DNA from: Octopus vulgaris
Taxonomy: Eukaryota
Length of the DNA stretch: 64,000 nt
Direction of reading: 5' to 3'
NCBI GenBank assembly: GCA_951406725.2
Contig: OX597820.1
Location: 100,006,001-100,070,000 of the forward strand
Shown here one piece after another: positions 1 to 13,749 of this stretch. The position numbers were made by a program, and so were the translations under genes. Position 1 is the first letter of the stretch. Every line of letters begins with the position of its first letter. Under the pieces are notes generated by a model, which did no database searches, was not told the origin of the DNA, and saw only the letters and a list, made by a program, of their open reading frames with translations.

Positions 1-311
1 GAAGGATTCTTTGGGGTTTGAATAATTCACCTCTGGAAACATGGGTGGTTCTTTCAACATCCTTAAACAACCCTTATTCAGGGACCTTTTGAGCGGGATG
101 GGCTACTCAACCTGAAGAAATTTCTAACTGGGTCCCACCTGCAAGGTCATGTGCTGTTTATCTTGATATGAGATCACCATGTCGCACACATATGGTTGTG
201 ATGCATGTGCCTGGTGTGTACCTTTATCAGACGGGTAGTCATGATGGCTATATTGGGCTTTGTATATTTTACCCCAGTGTCACTTTGATGGCATGCACTG
301 CTCTCTCACTC

Positions 312-403
<92 letters not shown>

Positions 404-501
404 TAATAAATGCCCTGATGCAGTACCAGGCAGTGCTCTCATGGCTACTGATCTTAGCTGATTGGAAGTGTTTGCTTGTACCTTTCATAAAGTCACTGCC
501 G
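1..501 (+). repeat. End of a further upstream copy of the duplication unit
   Basis: Matches about 15047-15520, including the element/(AAT)n/partial-element arrangement and the flank ...cctttcataaagtcactgccg, then diverges. Confidence 0.75.
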
Positions 502-685
502 TGCACTGGTTGTCAAATGCCATCCACACTCATGCAAGTGTGTGTGTTTGTCATGGTGTTGTGTGTGCGCGTGTGTGCGCGTGCGTGTGTGCGTGTGCGT
601 GCGTGTGTACGCATGCATGAGTGTGGATGGCATTTGACAACCAGTGCACGGCAGTGACTTTATGAAAGGTACAAGCAAACACTTC
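465..685. repeat. Perfect 72-bp inverted repeat with 77-bp spacer
   Basis: 465-536 is the exact reverse complement of 614-685. Confidence 0.95.
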
Positions 686-877
686 TATGTGTGTCTCTCT
701 GCGTGTGTGTGAATAGATGTGTCTGTGTGTCTGTAGTATTTGGTCAGATGGCGTCTGTTTGTCAAGTGTGTGTGGTTGTCATGGTGTTGTGTGTGCGCGT
801 GTGTGCGCGTGCGTGTGTGCGTGTGCGTGCGTGTGTACGCATGCATGAGTGTGGATGGCATTTGACAACCAAACTTC

Positions 878-1126
878 CAATAATATATTTGTTTTATTCT
901 TTTCTGCCCATTTTTTCAAATATTCTCATCACACTGTTGTACTTCTTTATGTCCTTAACATGTCCCTGTTACCAAAGACTGTATATATACATGTAATGTG
1001 GCAATTATGTAAAAAAATTTTTTGGAATTCATAATAATCTATGTTACTTTTGACAATCTTTTTCCAAAGAGTGAAACCGGTTAAGTAAATAAACATCTTT
1101 TAAATTGCATTTTCAAACCTTCTTTC

Positions 1127-1182
<56 letters not shown>

Positions 1183-1200
1183 TTATGTTTATATATTAAA

Positions 1201-1250
<50 letters not shown>

Positions 1251-2461
1251 TTATGTTTATATATTATAATGTATATATATATATATATATATATATATTA
1301 CAAAATATAAAGTAATATCTTGAGATCGTTAGTGACAACAACGCTCAAAATATATAGCAGAGCTGTATACACTTTTTAATCCTAGGTGAGGAAATGCGAG
1401 CAGCACCTACAAAAGCACTACAAAATCCACAGAAAGATCAAACACATACATATATTCATATATTCATTTATATCTACTGAACAGGCATAAAGTCCGACGT
1501 TTAGAAATATATAGTAATATACAAATATATAAACAGCATATAAAAATATATTGTACGCATACGATCCCCTCGACGTTCCATAAGAAATTTAGAAAAAAAA
1601 TTGCAAAAAAAGTTAGAGGTAATAATAACAATTGAATTAAATATAGTAAATATAGTAAGTAGTAATTAAATATATTTTATTTTATTAAAATGGTAATTAA
1701 ATCGTTATATAACAATGAAAAGAAAAAATAGCAATTAGTATAAAATGTATCAAGGACTTGAACTCGAATATGTGGCTTTGCATGAATGGGAGAAATTAAA
1801 ATATGAAAATTTTAATTGAGTGCAGAAGTGAATTAGTCCAGATCCAGATGTGCTTATACCATTTACTATAGCTGCTAGATTGAATTATCTCTCTATATAT
1901 AAAACTGAGAATATGTTTCTGTCTGTCTGTCTGTCTGTCTGTGTTTTTCCCTAAAACTTGAGAACTACACAACCAATTTCATTCAAATTTTACACATGCC
2001 TTACACATGACCGGAGAGAGTCATCGCCAAAAAAAATTTTGAACTTTTTGACTAGGGCGAGCCCACAGCAATATCATATCTTCTCCACTACGATTCCCTA
2101 AAACTTGAGAACTACACAACCAATTTCATTCAAATTTTACACATGCCTTACTTAGCGTCCATGTAGTTTCATGGGCAAAAAAGTTTAACTTCTTGCCTAG
2201 AGCGAGCCCATAGCAATAATATATTTGTTTTATTCTTTTCTGCCCATTTTTTCAAATATTCTCATCACACTGTTGTACTTCTTTATGTCCTTAACATGTC
2301 CCTGTTACCAAAGACTGTATATATACATGTAATGTGGCAATTATGTAAAAAAATTTTTTGAATTCATAATATTCTATGTTACTTTTGACAATCTTTTTCC
2401 AAAGAGTGAAACCGGTTAAGTAAATAAACATCTTTTAAATTGCATTTTCAAACCTTCTTTC

Positions 2462-2534
<73 letters not shown>

Positions 2535-2544
2535 GTTTATATAT

Positions 2545-2583
<39 letters not shown>

Positions 2584-3556
2584 TTATGTTTATATATTAT
2601 AATGTATATATATATATATATATATATTACAAAATATAAAGTAATATCTTGAGATCGTTAGTGACAACAACGCTCAAAATATATAGCAGAGCTGTATACA
2701 CTTTTTAATCCTAGGTGAGGCAATGCGAGCAGCACCTACAAAAGCACTACAAAATCCACAGAAAGATCAAACACATACATATATTCATATATTCATTTAT
2801 ATCTACTGAACAGGCATAAAGTCCGACGTTTAGAAATATATAGTAATATACAAATATATAAACAGCATATAAAAATATATTGTACGCATACGATCCACTC
2901 GACGTTCCATAAGAAATTTAGAAAAAAAAATTGCAAAAAAAGTTAGAGGTAATAATAACAATTGAATTAAATATAGTAAATATAGTAAGTAGTAATTAAA
3001 TATATTTTATTTTATTAAAATGGTAATTAAATCGTTATATAACAATGAAAAGAAAAAATAGCAATTAGTATAAAATGTATCAAGGACTTGAACTCGAATA
3101 TGTGGCTTTGCATGAATGGGAGAAATTAAAATATGAAAATTTTAATTGAGTGCAGAAGTGAATTAGTCCAGATCGAGATGTGCTTATACCATTTACTATA
3201 GCTGCTAGATTGAATTATCTCTCTATATATAAAACTGAGAATATGTTTATGTTTCTGTCTGTCTGTCTGTCTGTCTGTCTGTGTTTTTCCCTAAAACTTG
3301 AGAACTACACATCCAATTTCATTCAAATTTTACACATGCCTTACACATGACCGGAGAGTGTCATCGGCAAAAAAAATTTTGAACTTTTTGACTAGGGCGA
3401 GCCCACAGCAATATCATATCTTCTCCACTACGATTCCCTAAAACTTGAGAACTACACAACCAATTTCATTCAAATTTTACACATGCCTTACTTAGCGTCC
3501 ATGTAGTTTCATGGGCAAAAAAGTTCAACTTCTTGCCTAGAGCGAGCCCATAGCAA
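878..3556 (+). repeat. Tandem duplication of about 1.34 kb (878-2213 and 2214-3556)
   Basis: Both copies start caataatatatttgttttattc and are almost identical apart from microsatellite lengths. Confidence 0.9.
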
Positions 3557-4478
3557 TATCATATCTTCTCCACTATTTCAGTATTACGTGTTAAAAGTGA
3601 AACAAAAACATTTCTCTATTTTATGTCAGATACTTTCACTTTAAAAATAAAAATAATAATATCAATTGAATTATATGTAGTAAGTAATAATTAAAATCAA
3701 ACTAAAGTATAATATAATCGTAACATAAAAATAAAATAAAAATAACAATTGATATAAAATTGCATCAATGACTTGAACTTGAATAAGTGGTTTCCCATGA
3801 ATGGGAATAAATTAAATATGAAATTAGCGTACAGGTAAGTGATGCTGACGGACGGGGCCGTTGGTATCGCTTTCATTTTATCATTTTTTTCGTTTAACAA
3901 TTCATTTTCATAAAGTTTAATTATAATGTTCTATGTCCCCATGTTTTGTTATGTCCGCCATTCTTCGTAGCCCCTTAATGGGTAATAAAGAAATCACATG
4001 GAGGAAAGCACCTTCAAAAAGTGTCTTGGTGCGACTATGAAAGACATCTAATCAGAGGCGATAAATTCGCCACAATAGAAGCAAGGTTCGAGTCAACGGA
4101 GCGTGCAAGGGAGTACTCGACTGGAACTTGCAAAGTGGAAATATTTCATTTTTACCTTTATATCTGGGACGTAGGACGTCCCGGAAAAAAAATTAAATGC
4201 CCCCCCATCTAGAAGTAGAGGTAGGCTGGATTGTAGCCACACTTCTATACAAGAGGGAAGGACAAGATACAATTGATCGAAATTACAAGAGATGGACTAA
4301 CAATTCCAGACTGTAATATATTTTGAGTATTGTTATCACTAGCGATATCAAGATATAACTTTGTATTTGGATTTTATGTGTAGATGTATATATATAGATG
4401 TACATATGAACGCATATATATACACATATATACATGCACTAGCATTATGACCCGGCGACGACGGGCCTTTAATGCTAG
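3218..4478 (+). mobile_element. Non-autonomous Helitron, family 1
   Basis: A|TC 5' end (tctctctatatataaaactgag) followed by (CTGT)n; 3' GC hairpin cccg-gcgacga-cggg followed by CTAG|T. A truncated 5' copy lies at 1888-2213. Confidence 0.75.
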
Positions 4479-4827
4479 TATGCTTATAAAGTAGCATTCA
4501 GTATCTAGGAGAATTTTTGGGAGTACGTAATGTCTGGTCTTTCGCATGTAGCAGGTATGTAATTGTGCATTTGTTTCCGTGTACTATGTGTTGTGTGTAA
4601 AAAACATTCTGACAAGGGGAGTGTCTAATTTAAATATATAATATGTTTCATATTAATTGATGCATCTCCGAAACGGCCTGTAGATGAACTTTTAGGTATT
4701 TTTGTAAATTTGTATATTTATCTTCTATGTATTTTTATCTGGATTTTTAATTATGTCATTTTATGTTTTATTAGCCCAAATTTTTAATTTAGTAAATTTA
4801 TAACAAACTAGCTAGTATATAATGCTA

Positions 4828-4896
<69 letters not shown>

Positions 4897-5549
4897 GGAT
4901 TAGCTCGTATACGAGTAGGTATATATTTGTAAAAAATGAAGTTCGAAAATGCTGCTATATTATATAAATTTTTAATTTTTATATATACATTATAACATGT
5001 TTCGGTTCTTGAAATGAACCTTATCAAAAACAATTTATATATAAAAAAAGATAGTTCATGCTATCAAATATAAAAAAATTCATTTATAATACACAATAGA
5101 GTCAGACATCAAAAAGTTCATATATAGTGTGAAGTGAGTTCGTTCATGCTATATGTTTAAAGTGTCTGATGCAGTGGTTCATAGTGGTGATATGCATTCA
5201 ATATAAAAAATAGATCACAGTGGTGATATGCAGTCAATATAAAAAATTGATGTTCCTGAAAGAGCGAGGAATTCATTTTAGATTTTACCTTTGAGCAACT
5301 GTGATGACTTATGGTCGGTGTTCGCTGGATGATATATATATATACATATATACATACATAAGACACACACATATATATTATATATATATTATATATATAT
5401 TATATGTGTATGTATATATATATACAGATGAATAGATATATAGATAGACAGACAGACAGACAGACAGAAAGACAGGCAGGCAGGCAGACAGAGAGATAGA
5501 TAGATAGATAGATAGATATATAGATAGACAGACAGGCAGACAGACAGAC

Positions 5550-5634
<85 letters not shown>

Positions 5635-6633
5635 TGACTGTGTTTTTGTATCTGTTTTCTTTTAATTTTTGCTTGTATTGTTAACGTATAAAAAAAACTG
5701 CTCCGCGTCGACAAGGATACGATTTCAATCCACGCTACAATAAGTTGCTATTCTCCGTACAACAAACTTCTAATCTACTACTGTCCTGAAAGCCCTCGAT
5801 TGACTGAACGCTCCTAGCAAAACCATATGAAAGAATGCTTTACTGTAAACGGAATGCACAAGGGGATCTTAGCTGATAATTTATTGTTCATCATCTGTTG
5901 AAAATAGTGACTGATGTGTGTTTGGCAAAATATACTGTGATGTTAATTTAAGGCATGTTCACACAGCTTTATAATACGTTTTTATCAATCCAGCTTCACA
6001 AACATGTATGTAAATTTCAGTTGTAAATACTGAGTGATAAGACAAAGGGAGCCACGCATTGCTCGTCACTCAAAAGCACAAAATGTTAAGTCCAGATTTT
6101 ATAATATTCTTAAGTGATGTTAAAGCCCAAATTCCTATAGACCAAGATATATGATAAAATGTGAGGCAACGAAAGAGATTCTTTGTTGTTGTTCGACATG
6201 TTAGGAATAATAGTGAAATCACCCGCGAATTACATTTTAATGCTTAAAATAGAGAGGGCGGGTGCTTTGGATAATATAATTCTAAATGTGCAATACACAA
6301 GAAAAGATCTAGATTAACGTGGGTGTGAATATCTGATTTTATACGTCTACTTAATGGACGCTGGTCTCGGTCTTAACAGCAGTAAAAATACATGCTTAGT
6401 GTATTCTTCTGTTTATTAAAAAATAATTTTTTTTAAATGTATTCGCTATTACAATCTTGAATTCATAATTACGATGGTTAATTAAAGAGGGAATGATATT
6501 TCGGTGGAAAAATCTTTATAAAAAACAATTAAAGACATGTGAATTAATTACAAAAAGTAAGAGAATCCTTACTCGTTTCCCTTAATACCAAAATATTTTA
6601 TGAATTGTATTTATAAATCATATTCAAAAAAAC

Positions 6634-7785
6634 TTACATAAATGTCAAATTTTGAAATATATAATTGAGAACCTTCGAAAATATTTTCTTGTTTCGTAAA
6701 GTACAAAAGATAGGATTATTGCTATAATTATCAGCCACACACGAATATAAGATATTTCGTCTGTATTATGTTCAATATACAAAATTTCTCCTTGGTTCTT
6801 GGCCCTGCGATTAGCAAAATGGTTAAAAGTTTTTCTTCTATAGCTTCCACGTCATTCCGATTACTTCGCTTATCAATTACTAAAAACATTAGTAGACTTG
6901 ACGCATAATCAGGTGAAGAAAATTTCTGAATAGGATTGTAAAATTCATAAAATTTATTTGAGTAAGGTAGCTCTATATTCAATTTTTCTGCTAAAAGTCC
7001 ATTCCAAGCATCATCAGGCATAAAAACATGGTTGTCCAATGCAGCAATATACAGTTTATTAATTAGAAAAATATGTGCCACATAACCCACGCCATTACAA
7101 AATCGGGGAAAGCGCTTTCCTTTGTAAAGAATATTCTGAGGAACGTGCTTCACATCGTGAAAGAATTTTAAATTTCCTGGCCCTTCATGTCTGTAACAGG
7201 CTACAAAACGATCTTTACGTGTTGATTGAAGCAACTGATGTTGTAGATGAGGCACCAATTTGTATTGATCTACAAAAAGTTCATCGTTCATGACCATGAC
7301 ATAATCAGCGTTACCACAAAATTCTACACTCCATTTCCACGCCATTATTGTTTTTAATGAAACATTAGTGTAGGACTCCATAAAATCTTCCTGAATGATA
7401 TCTCTATACTTATTACTCTCGTTCTGAATTAAGGATTCTAATGTAGAATAATTTGTTTTACCAAATATGAAAACATGTCTAACAATTATATTTTTTGAGT
7501 AAGGATCATGCGGAATATCCTGGAATATTTCTCTTAGTATTTCCCGACGACCAAAATTGGTGTGAAAGCTTCTAACAATATAGAGAAGTAAAAGTCGTTC
7601 ATGCCTAGAACAGAGATCTGGTTCATTGATAAGTCTTTTGAAGTTGTGTTTGTAAGGTCGTGGTTTATCATAATACTCATCTGGAACATTTGAACGCTTC
7701 GGTTTTTTTCTATAAGTCACTTTGGTATGTTTTAATATCGATGTTCTTTAATCGAAGTACGACTGTTCAAGAGCAAAACTTATAC
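6634..7785 (-). pseudogene. GT31-like paralog, copy A, disrupted
   Basis: Near-identical to 35020-36173 but has AAA>TAA (K to stop) at 7750-7748 and a 1-bp deletion near 6815 that frameshifts away the C-terminal TM helix. Confidence 0.8.
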
Positions 7786-8818
7786 CTAAAAAGAAAATAA
7801 ATGCCAATTATGTATTGCAAAAATCTAAAAAATATATTATGTATTACAATTATGTATTACAATTTATGCATTACAAAAATTTTTTAAAAGCATGAGTTCC
7901 AATTATATATTACAAAAATGTATATCATTAGCGCAGAGAAAATCAGGTTATTCTTCATTTGTTTTCAATAGCACTGTTTCACTCATCACATTGAACTATC
8001 TCAAATTATTTCAATTTTTCTAGATGTCACTCTTACATAAATAACTACTATCAGTACTCGTGAAATTTCCTGAATTATTTTTAAAATTGTAACACAAAAT
8101 TGTATATTTTTCTGAAATAATTGATTCTTCAGATGGTATAAAAGTCCACATAGGTAGCATTGAAGACGCAGTCTCAAGAAACAACTTTTTTTGAAAGCTA
8201 CATTCTTATGCTTAGTACTTTGTGAGTTATCTAATATTTTTCGCTTTATGCCAAGAAGTAAACTGGACTGGTGATGCGTTGTGTTCTTGAGCAAAACACT
8301 TCATTTCACATTGTTCCTGTTCACTCAGCTAACAAACATGAATAATTCTGCGACGGAGCGGTTTACTGTCCAGGATGCGATGTATATGCCACAGAGTCCG
8401 AGAAACCGGATTCAAGAGTCAATGGTTCGGGAAAGACTCTTGATCCTCCTTTTGGACAGTATATTTGTAAAGTTTCGACAAATCAGAATATGCTATTTGG
8501 AAAGGAAAACTATAAAAACGATTAATCTTAAACTTTCTTGTCTTTTCCTATTCTTAGTTTACATTGTATATCGTTGTCCCTATTTTATAAACAAGTATTC
8601 TTCGACTGAGCAAGCAAAATTTAATAACAATTAAACGCATGCATCAAAAGATAGGTGATATAAAATATTTTCAAAAACATTAAAAACTACATTTTTTGCT
8701 GTCCAGCCACCACTGCTACCTCCATTAAACAATATCCACCACTATCATCATTTAACGGCCGACCACCGGCACTATACTTATCACTAACAAGGCTCAGTCT
8801 AAATACACACATACATAC

Positions 8819-8866
<48 letters not shown>

Positions 8867-9121
8867 TTTATTAAGCCACTTGGTGGTAAATGGATATACT
8901 ATTAAATTAGTATCCAATTTTCTGACCCTTATCGTTTGATTATATATATATCCCACTTCTGACAGATAATTTTTTCCCCGTTACTTAGCGGTTCGGCACA
9001 ACAGACCGATAGAATAAGTACTGGGCTTACATAAAAATAAGTCCCAGGTTCGAGTTGCTCGATTAAAAAGGCGGTGCTCCAGCATGGCCGCAGTCAAATG
9101 ACTGAAACAAGCAAAAGAGAG

Positions 9122-9175
<54 letters not shown>

Positions 9176-10743
9176 GTCTGGAGATATTTATTCTGTTTTA
9201 ATGCTTTGTTAATTAACACAGTCACCGGTTGGATTTCCACTCATTTACTTACTTATTTTTTCAATAGTGATTGACTGTGTCCGTTATTGGAGCTGAGTTC
9301 TTTTCGTATGTTTGTTTGTGTGCATGTATATGCGTCAGTTTTGCATGTGTATATACATATGTATGTATGTATATAAGTAGATATGTATGTATGTATTATG
9401 TATGTATGTGTTTGTGTATCCATTTATATATATGTATATGCTTTTGTACGTTTGTGTGTATGTATTCTGCATATTCATGTGTTTGTGTGTTCATGTTTCT
9501 ATATTTGTGTGTGTATGTGTGTGCGTCTGTGTGTGCGTATTCTTCTATTTTATTCCTTTATTCTTTTATTTTATTCCTTATAAACTGTGAATTTTATTCC
9601 TTGTGAACTATAAATTTTCCCTGTCTAAAATATTCATACCTTGACAGATTACCCAGTGCACGGACATGGTTACCAACCACTTGGGTTGACCCAGAAACGG
9701 CTGAAAGACTTCAAATTCATCTTACCTTAATTAAATTATTCTAAATGACTTGAGATTCTCGTTCTGCCTTGGTTTTTATTTTCCTTCTAATATAATGAAT
9801 GATACTAGCTTAAGGTGACCCGCTCTACGCGCGGGAGATGTTTTGGTTGTTGGACCAATGTATTAATGTAGCATTAAGAACGAAGAGCTCATTTACATTT
9901 AATTTATAAAATATGAATACTTATTTTTTGAAATTGACAGTTAAAGCATGGAAAAATGTGCTTTAAGTATAGTTTAGAAAAATGGAGAAAAGATAGCGAA
10001 TGAGGGATTATGTTAATGATTTTAATTTTTTCAGAAAATTAAAATGTTAAACAATAAATTTAAAAACGGAAACTTATCACCAGAAGGCAAGCGAATAGCC
10101 CGTATTAGAAATATTTTTCTTTTGGGTCAAAAGGCTATTTAGTAATCAAAAAATTACCCGAGCATGTGCCTCCCTCTTTTGCAAATTCCTCACTCTAGCT
10201 CGGTGGTTTGATAAGTTGTAGCGCTTACGCATAGACATATGGAAAAGCAAATTTGAGAAATGAAATACTTGGAAACCTAAAGTTGATTTGGTTTAGAATG
10301 AGAAAACGAATAAAATAGTTAAGATGTAAATATTTCAAAACTGGAAAATTTTCAAATTTATAGAAAATTTTTTATTAACGACGGTCGGCTTGAGCACACA
10401 AATAAATTCTTTTTATCCACGCAAAAATAAATAATATCTGTTACCTTTCTGAAAGACCTGTGGTAGGAATATTTAAACTTTTGCGGCTGTCATTGAGAGA
10501 CGCGTTGGAGAAGAAAGAGAGACGGCGGAGGTGCCAAACGTCGTTATAGAGTGAGAGAAAATGGAGAGAAGCGGAAAAGAGAGAGATCGAGGAAGAAAAG
10601 GCGATATATGAAAGTGAGGACTGAAAAATGAAATATTTTGAAACCTAAAGATGATTTGTTTTAAGAGAAAGATTCTCATGATTGTGTGGTGGTGGTGACG
10701 ATAATTCACTTTATGAATGTAGGAAACGTAGAGAGAGAGAGAA

Positions 10744-10779
<36 letters not shown>

Positions 10780-11289
10780 CAGTGCTGGCGAAGGAAAGAT
10801 AGTAGACGCTATCAAATGACGTTATAGAGAGAATGTGAAAGGAAAGGAAGAGAGAGAGAGAGAGAGATGGATGGAGACAGGCAGACAATAGAGTGTGATG
10901 GCTGCGAGGGAAAGATAATAGACGCTGTGAAACGACGTTATAGATAGAATTTGAAAGGAAGGGAGGAAAGAGAGTGAGTGATGGAGGAAGACAGATACAT
11001 AAAAGAATGGGAGTAGACTTTTCAAAGTGCATTTTTGGCCCTCGCAACGACACCTTTTAAGATTGGATTTCTAACCTAGACCACTCGCATCTTCCCCTCA
11101 TTTTACATGACCCTGTAAAATTTGGTGTCAATCCGACGGGATCTAGTGATATTTAACCCGTTCTCAATGCCAAAATCAGACAAACAAACAAACTTTTCGC
11201 ATTTCAGAATTATAATATAGAGAGTAGCTTAAGGTGACCCGCTCTACGCGCAGGTAAGTGTATGGTTGTTACTTTCTGTTATTTCCTTT

Positions 11290-11597
11290 CGGCACGTAAA
11301 ATGCACCATCCGTACGTGGCCGATGGCAGCGCCGCCATGAATGGATTTTGTGCCGGTGGCACGTAAAAAGCACCAACCGATCTTGGCCTCTGCCAGCACC
11401 CCTGGCAGCTGTGCCGGTGGCACGAAATAAGCACCCACTACAATCACGGATAGTTGGCGTTAGGAAGTGCATCCAGCTGTAGAAACACTGCCAGATCAGA
11501 CTGGAGCCTGGTGTAGCCTCCTGGCTTCCCAGACACTGGTCAAACCGTCCAAACCGTGCTAGCACGGAAAACGGACATTAAACGGTTATGATGATGT
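11290..11597 (+). mobile_element. Retroposon 3' portion nested in the Helitron (paralog at about 39808-40115)
   Basis: Three internal gccggtggcacgtaaaaagcacc-like repeats and an (ATG)n tail. Confidence 0.6.
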
Positions 11598-12063
11598 TGA
11601 TTCTCCCTCTTTGTTTCTCTCTCCATTCTCTTTCACTTTCCCACTCTCTTACTCTTCCATTCTCTCGGACCTTCCCTCGCTTTCTCTTACTCTCTATCTT
11701 TATCTATCTCTCTCACATTTATAAAAAAACAAAAGATCTTGAGTAAGTTGAGAAAGAAAATATTTTGAAATATCAATCATAAATATCAGGTAGTGACAAC
11801 GGAAAGGTCTACTTCAAGGCAGACAGCAAAACACTAACATTTAAAAGGGACAGACGAACTTGCGAGCTGAATAAAAATAATAAAATATTGGAAACCAAAG
11901 TTTGAAGGGATAGTATCTGAGGATAGTAGAGTCACCATGGCTGGCATTTCTTAACGACGGACAGCAACGTAGTGGCAGTTTAACGGCTGGCGTAAAACTT
12001 TGAACTTGATGTAAAAGAAAATTGCTAAACCAAGTTTTGAAGTGATTCTTTCTCACGACAGTA

Positions 12064-12320
12064 ATAATGTTCGTCCTTCGGTTCGAAGATGACCAACTGA
12101 CATCATCTGATGGAACTGCCGCCATGAGACCTGAGGTGGCTGGTGAGGCCAATCCGGACAAGGAAGCCCCTCCCACAGGTCGGGCAGAAGTGGGTAGGGG
12201 CCGTGCTACTGGTGCAGGCGGCTCTAGCTTTACGCATCTGACGTTTCTGCTCCGCTGACTGAATCCGTCCCTCCTCGGCTGTCCCTGCTCCCACGGTGAT
12301 GACAGTAGACTCCCACGGTG
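12064..12320 (-). mobile_element. 5'-truncated RTE-clade LINE 3' end
   Basis: Encodes the C-terminal C2H2 motif CPTCGRGFLVRIGLTSHLRSH; 9-bp TSD acgacagta (12055-12063 and 12321-12329); empty site at about 40568. Confidence 0.8.
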
Positions 12321-12682
12321 ACGACAGTACACTCACCATGGCAAGCATTCAAAACTTCATCATGGACGGCAACACATTGACGATTAAAAGGCTGGCGCAA
12401 ATTTTTTAGCTTGATGTAACAGAGAATTCCTAAACACCCGCTCCTGTAAATTTTAATCCCCTTCCAGCCCCATTTAGACCCCTTTTCACATTTTGGTTAA
12501 TATAATCTGATTTCACTCGGGTTAACTCGGACCACATTTTATAAGATGAGGAATTTTGTCCAAGAGGTAACGCCTTTCATTTGAGGATAAAAATAGTTGC
12601 CATTGCAAACTCGCCAGTACTTTTAACATAGGTGTGCATGTTTTCCGCTCAACCGACCACATAATGCACACATTATATATAC

Positions 12683-12742
<60 letters not shown>

Positions 12743-12771
12743 GTGCACGCATTATATATAAAAAAGTATGC

Positions 12772-12813
<42 letters not shown>

Positions 12814-13494
12814 CAGATATATACACTTTGTATATATACATCATATATACAGATTTATATATAGAACACATCACACACACACACACATATAAATTAACCC
12901 AATAAATATCTGATTCATAATATTTGTTCTCATGATTGGTTGGTTGTGGTGGTAGCGATGATAATTATATCTATGAATGCAGACAGACGTAAAGAGAGAG
13001 AGAGAGATTGACAGCGCTGGTGAAGGCGGAAGGGAAATATATTAGACTTTACCTCGTTTCTCTTACTCTCTATCTTTCTCTATCTATTTCTCTCCCATTT
13101 ATAAACAACAAAAGATGTTAAGTAAGTTGAGAAACAAAATATTTTCACGCTTTTCAAACACTTCGTCGTTATTCTCATTCACTCATTATTACTTTCTCCC
13201 TTCCTTTCACGTTCTCTCTATAACGTTATAGAGAGAAGGTGAAAGGAAGGGAGTTAGACGCTGTGAAACGACGTTATAGAGAGAATGTGAAATGAAGGGA
13301 GGTAGACGCTTTGAAACGACGTTATAGATAGAAATTGATGGATGGGAAGGGAGAAAAGGGAGTGAGTGATGGAATAAGACAGATATATAAAAGAATGGGA
13401 GTAGAATTGTCAAAGTACGTTTTTGGCCCTAGCAACGACACCTTTTAAGAGAGGGATTTTCGCATTTCAGCATTATAATACAGAGATAATGATG

Positions 13495-13567
<73 letters not shown>

Positions 13568-13749
13568 CAGTGTGTGTGTGCGTGTGTTTATGTGTTTGTG
13601 CGTGTGAGCGTGTGTGAGTGTATAGTTATATCCAGTTAAGTACAGTATAAAGTTCGTTCACGCATACATGGAAAAAGTCCTATCTTCCAGGGACGCGACA
13701 AGTTGAACCCCACGTTTAAGTGCTAAAAAGTTATTGTTTGTCTTATCTA

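Larger units (their letters stand above)
9805..13486 (-). mobile_element. Head-to-tail dimer of non-autonomous Helitron, family 2 (9805-11223 and 11224-13486)
   Basis: On the minus strand: A|TC start at 13486, internal junction ...cttaagCTAC|TCtctatattata at 11224/11223, then terminal hairpin cccgc-gcgtaga-gcggg and CTAG|T at 9808-9804. Confidence 0.75.

Noticed and set aside
7075-7293. 72-aa ORF repeated three times
   Set aside because: Antisense shadow of the GT31 exon.
8281-8634. 117-125 aa plus-strand ORF conserved in three places (also 36786 and 61957)
   Set aside because: It has a non-ATG start inside a SINE-like fragment, and its conservation is explained by the recent duplication.
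12103-12200. C2H2 zinc-finger gene fragment
   Set aside because: A single finger within a TSD-flanked RTE 3' end, not a host zinc-finger gene.
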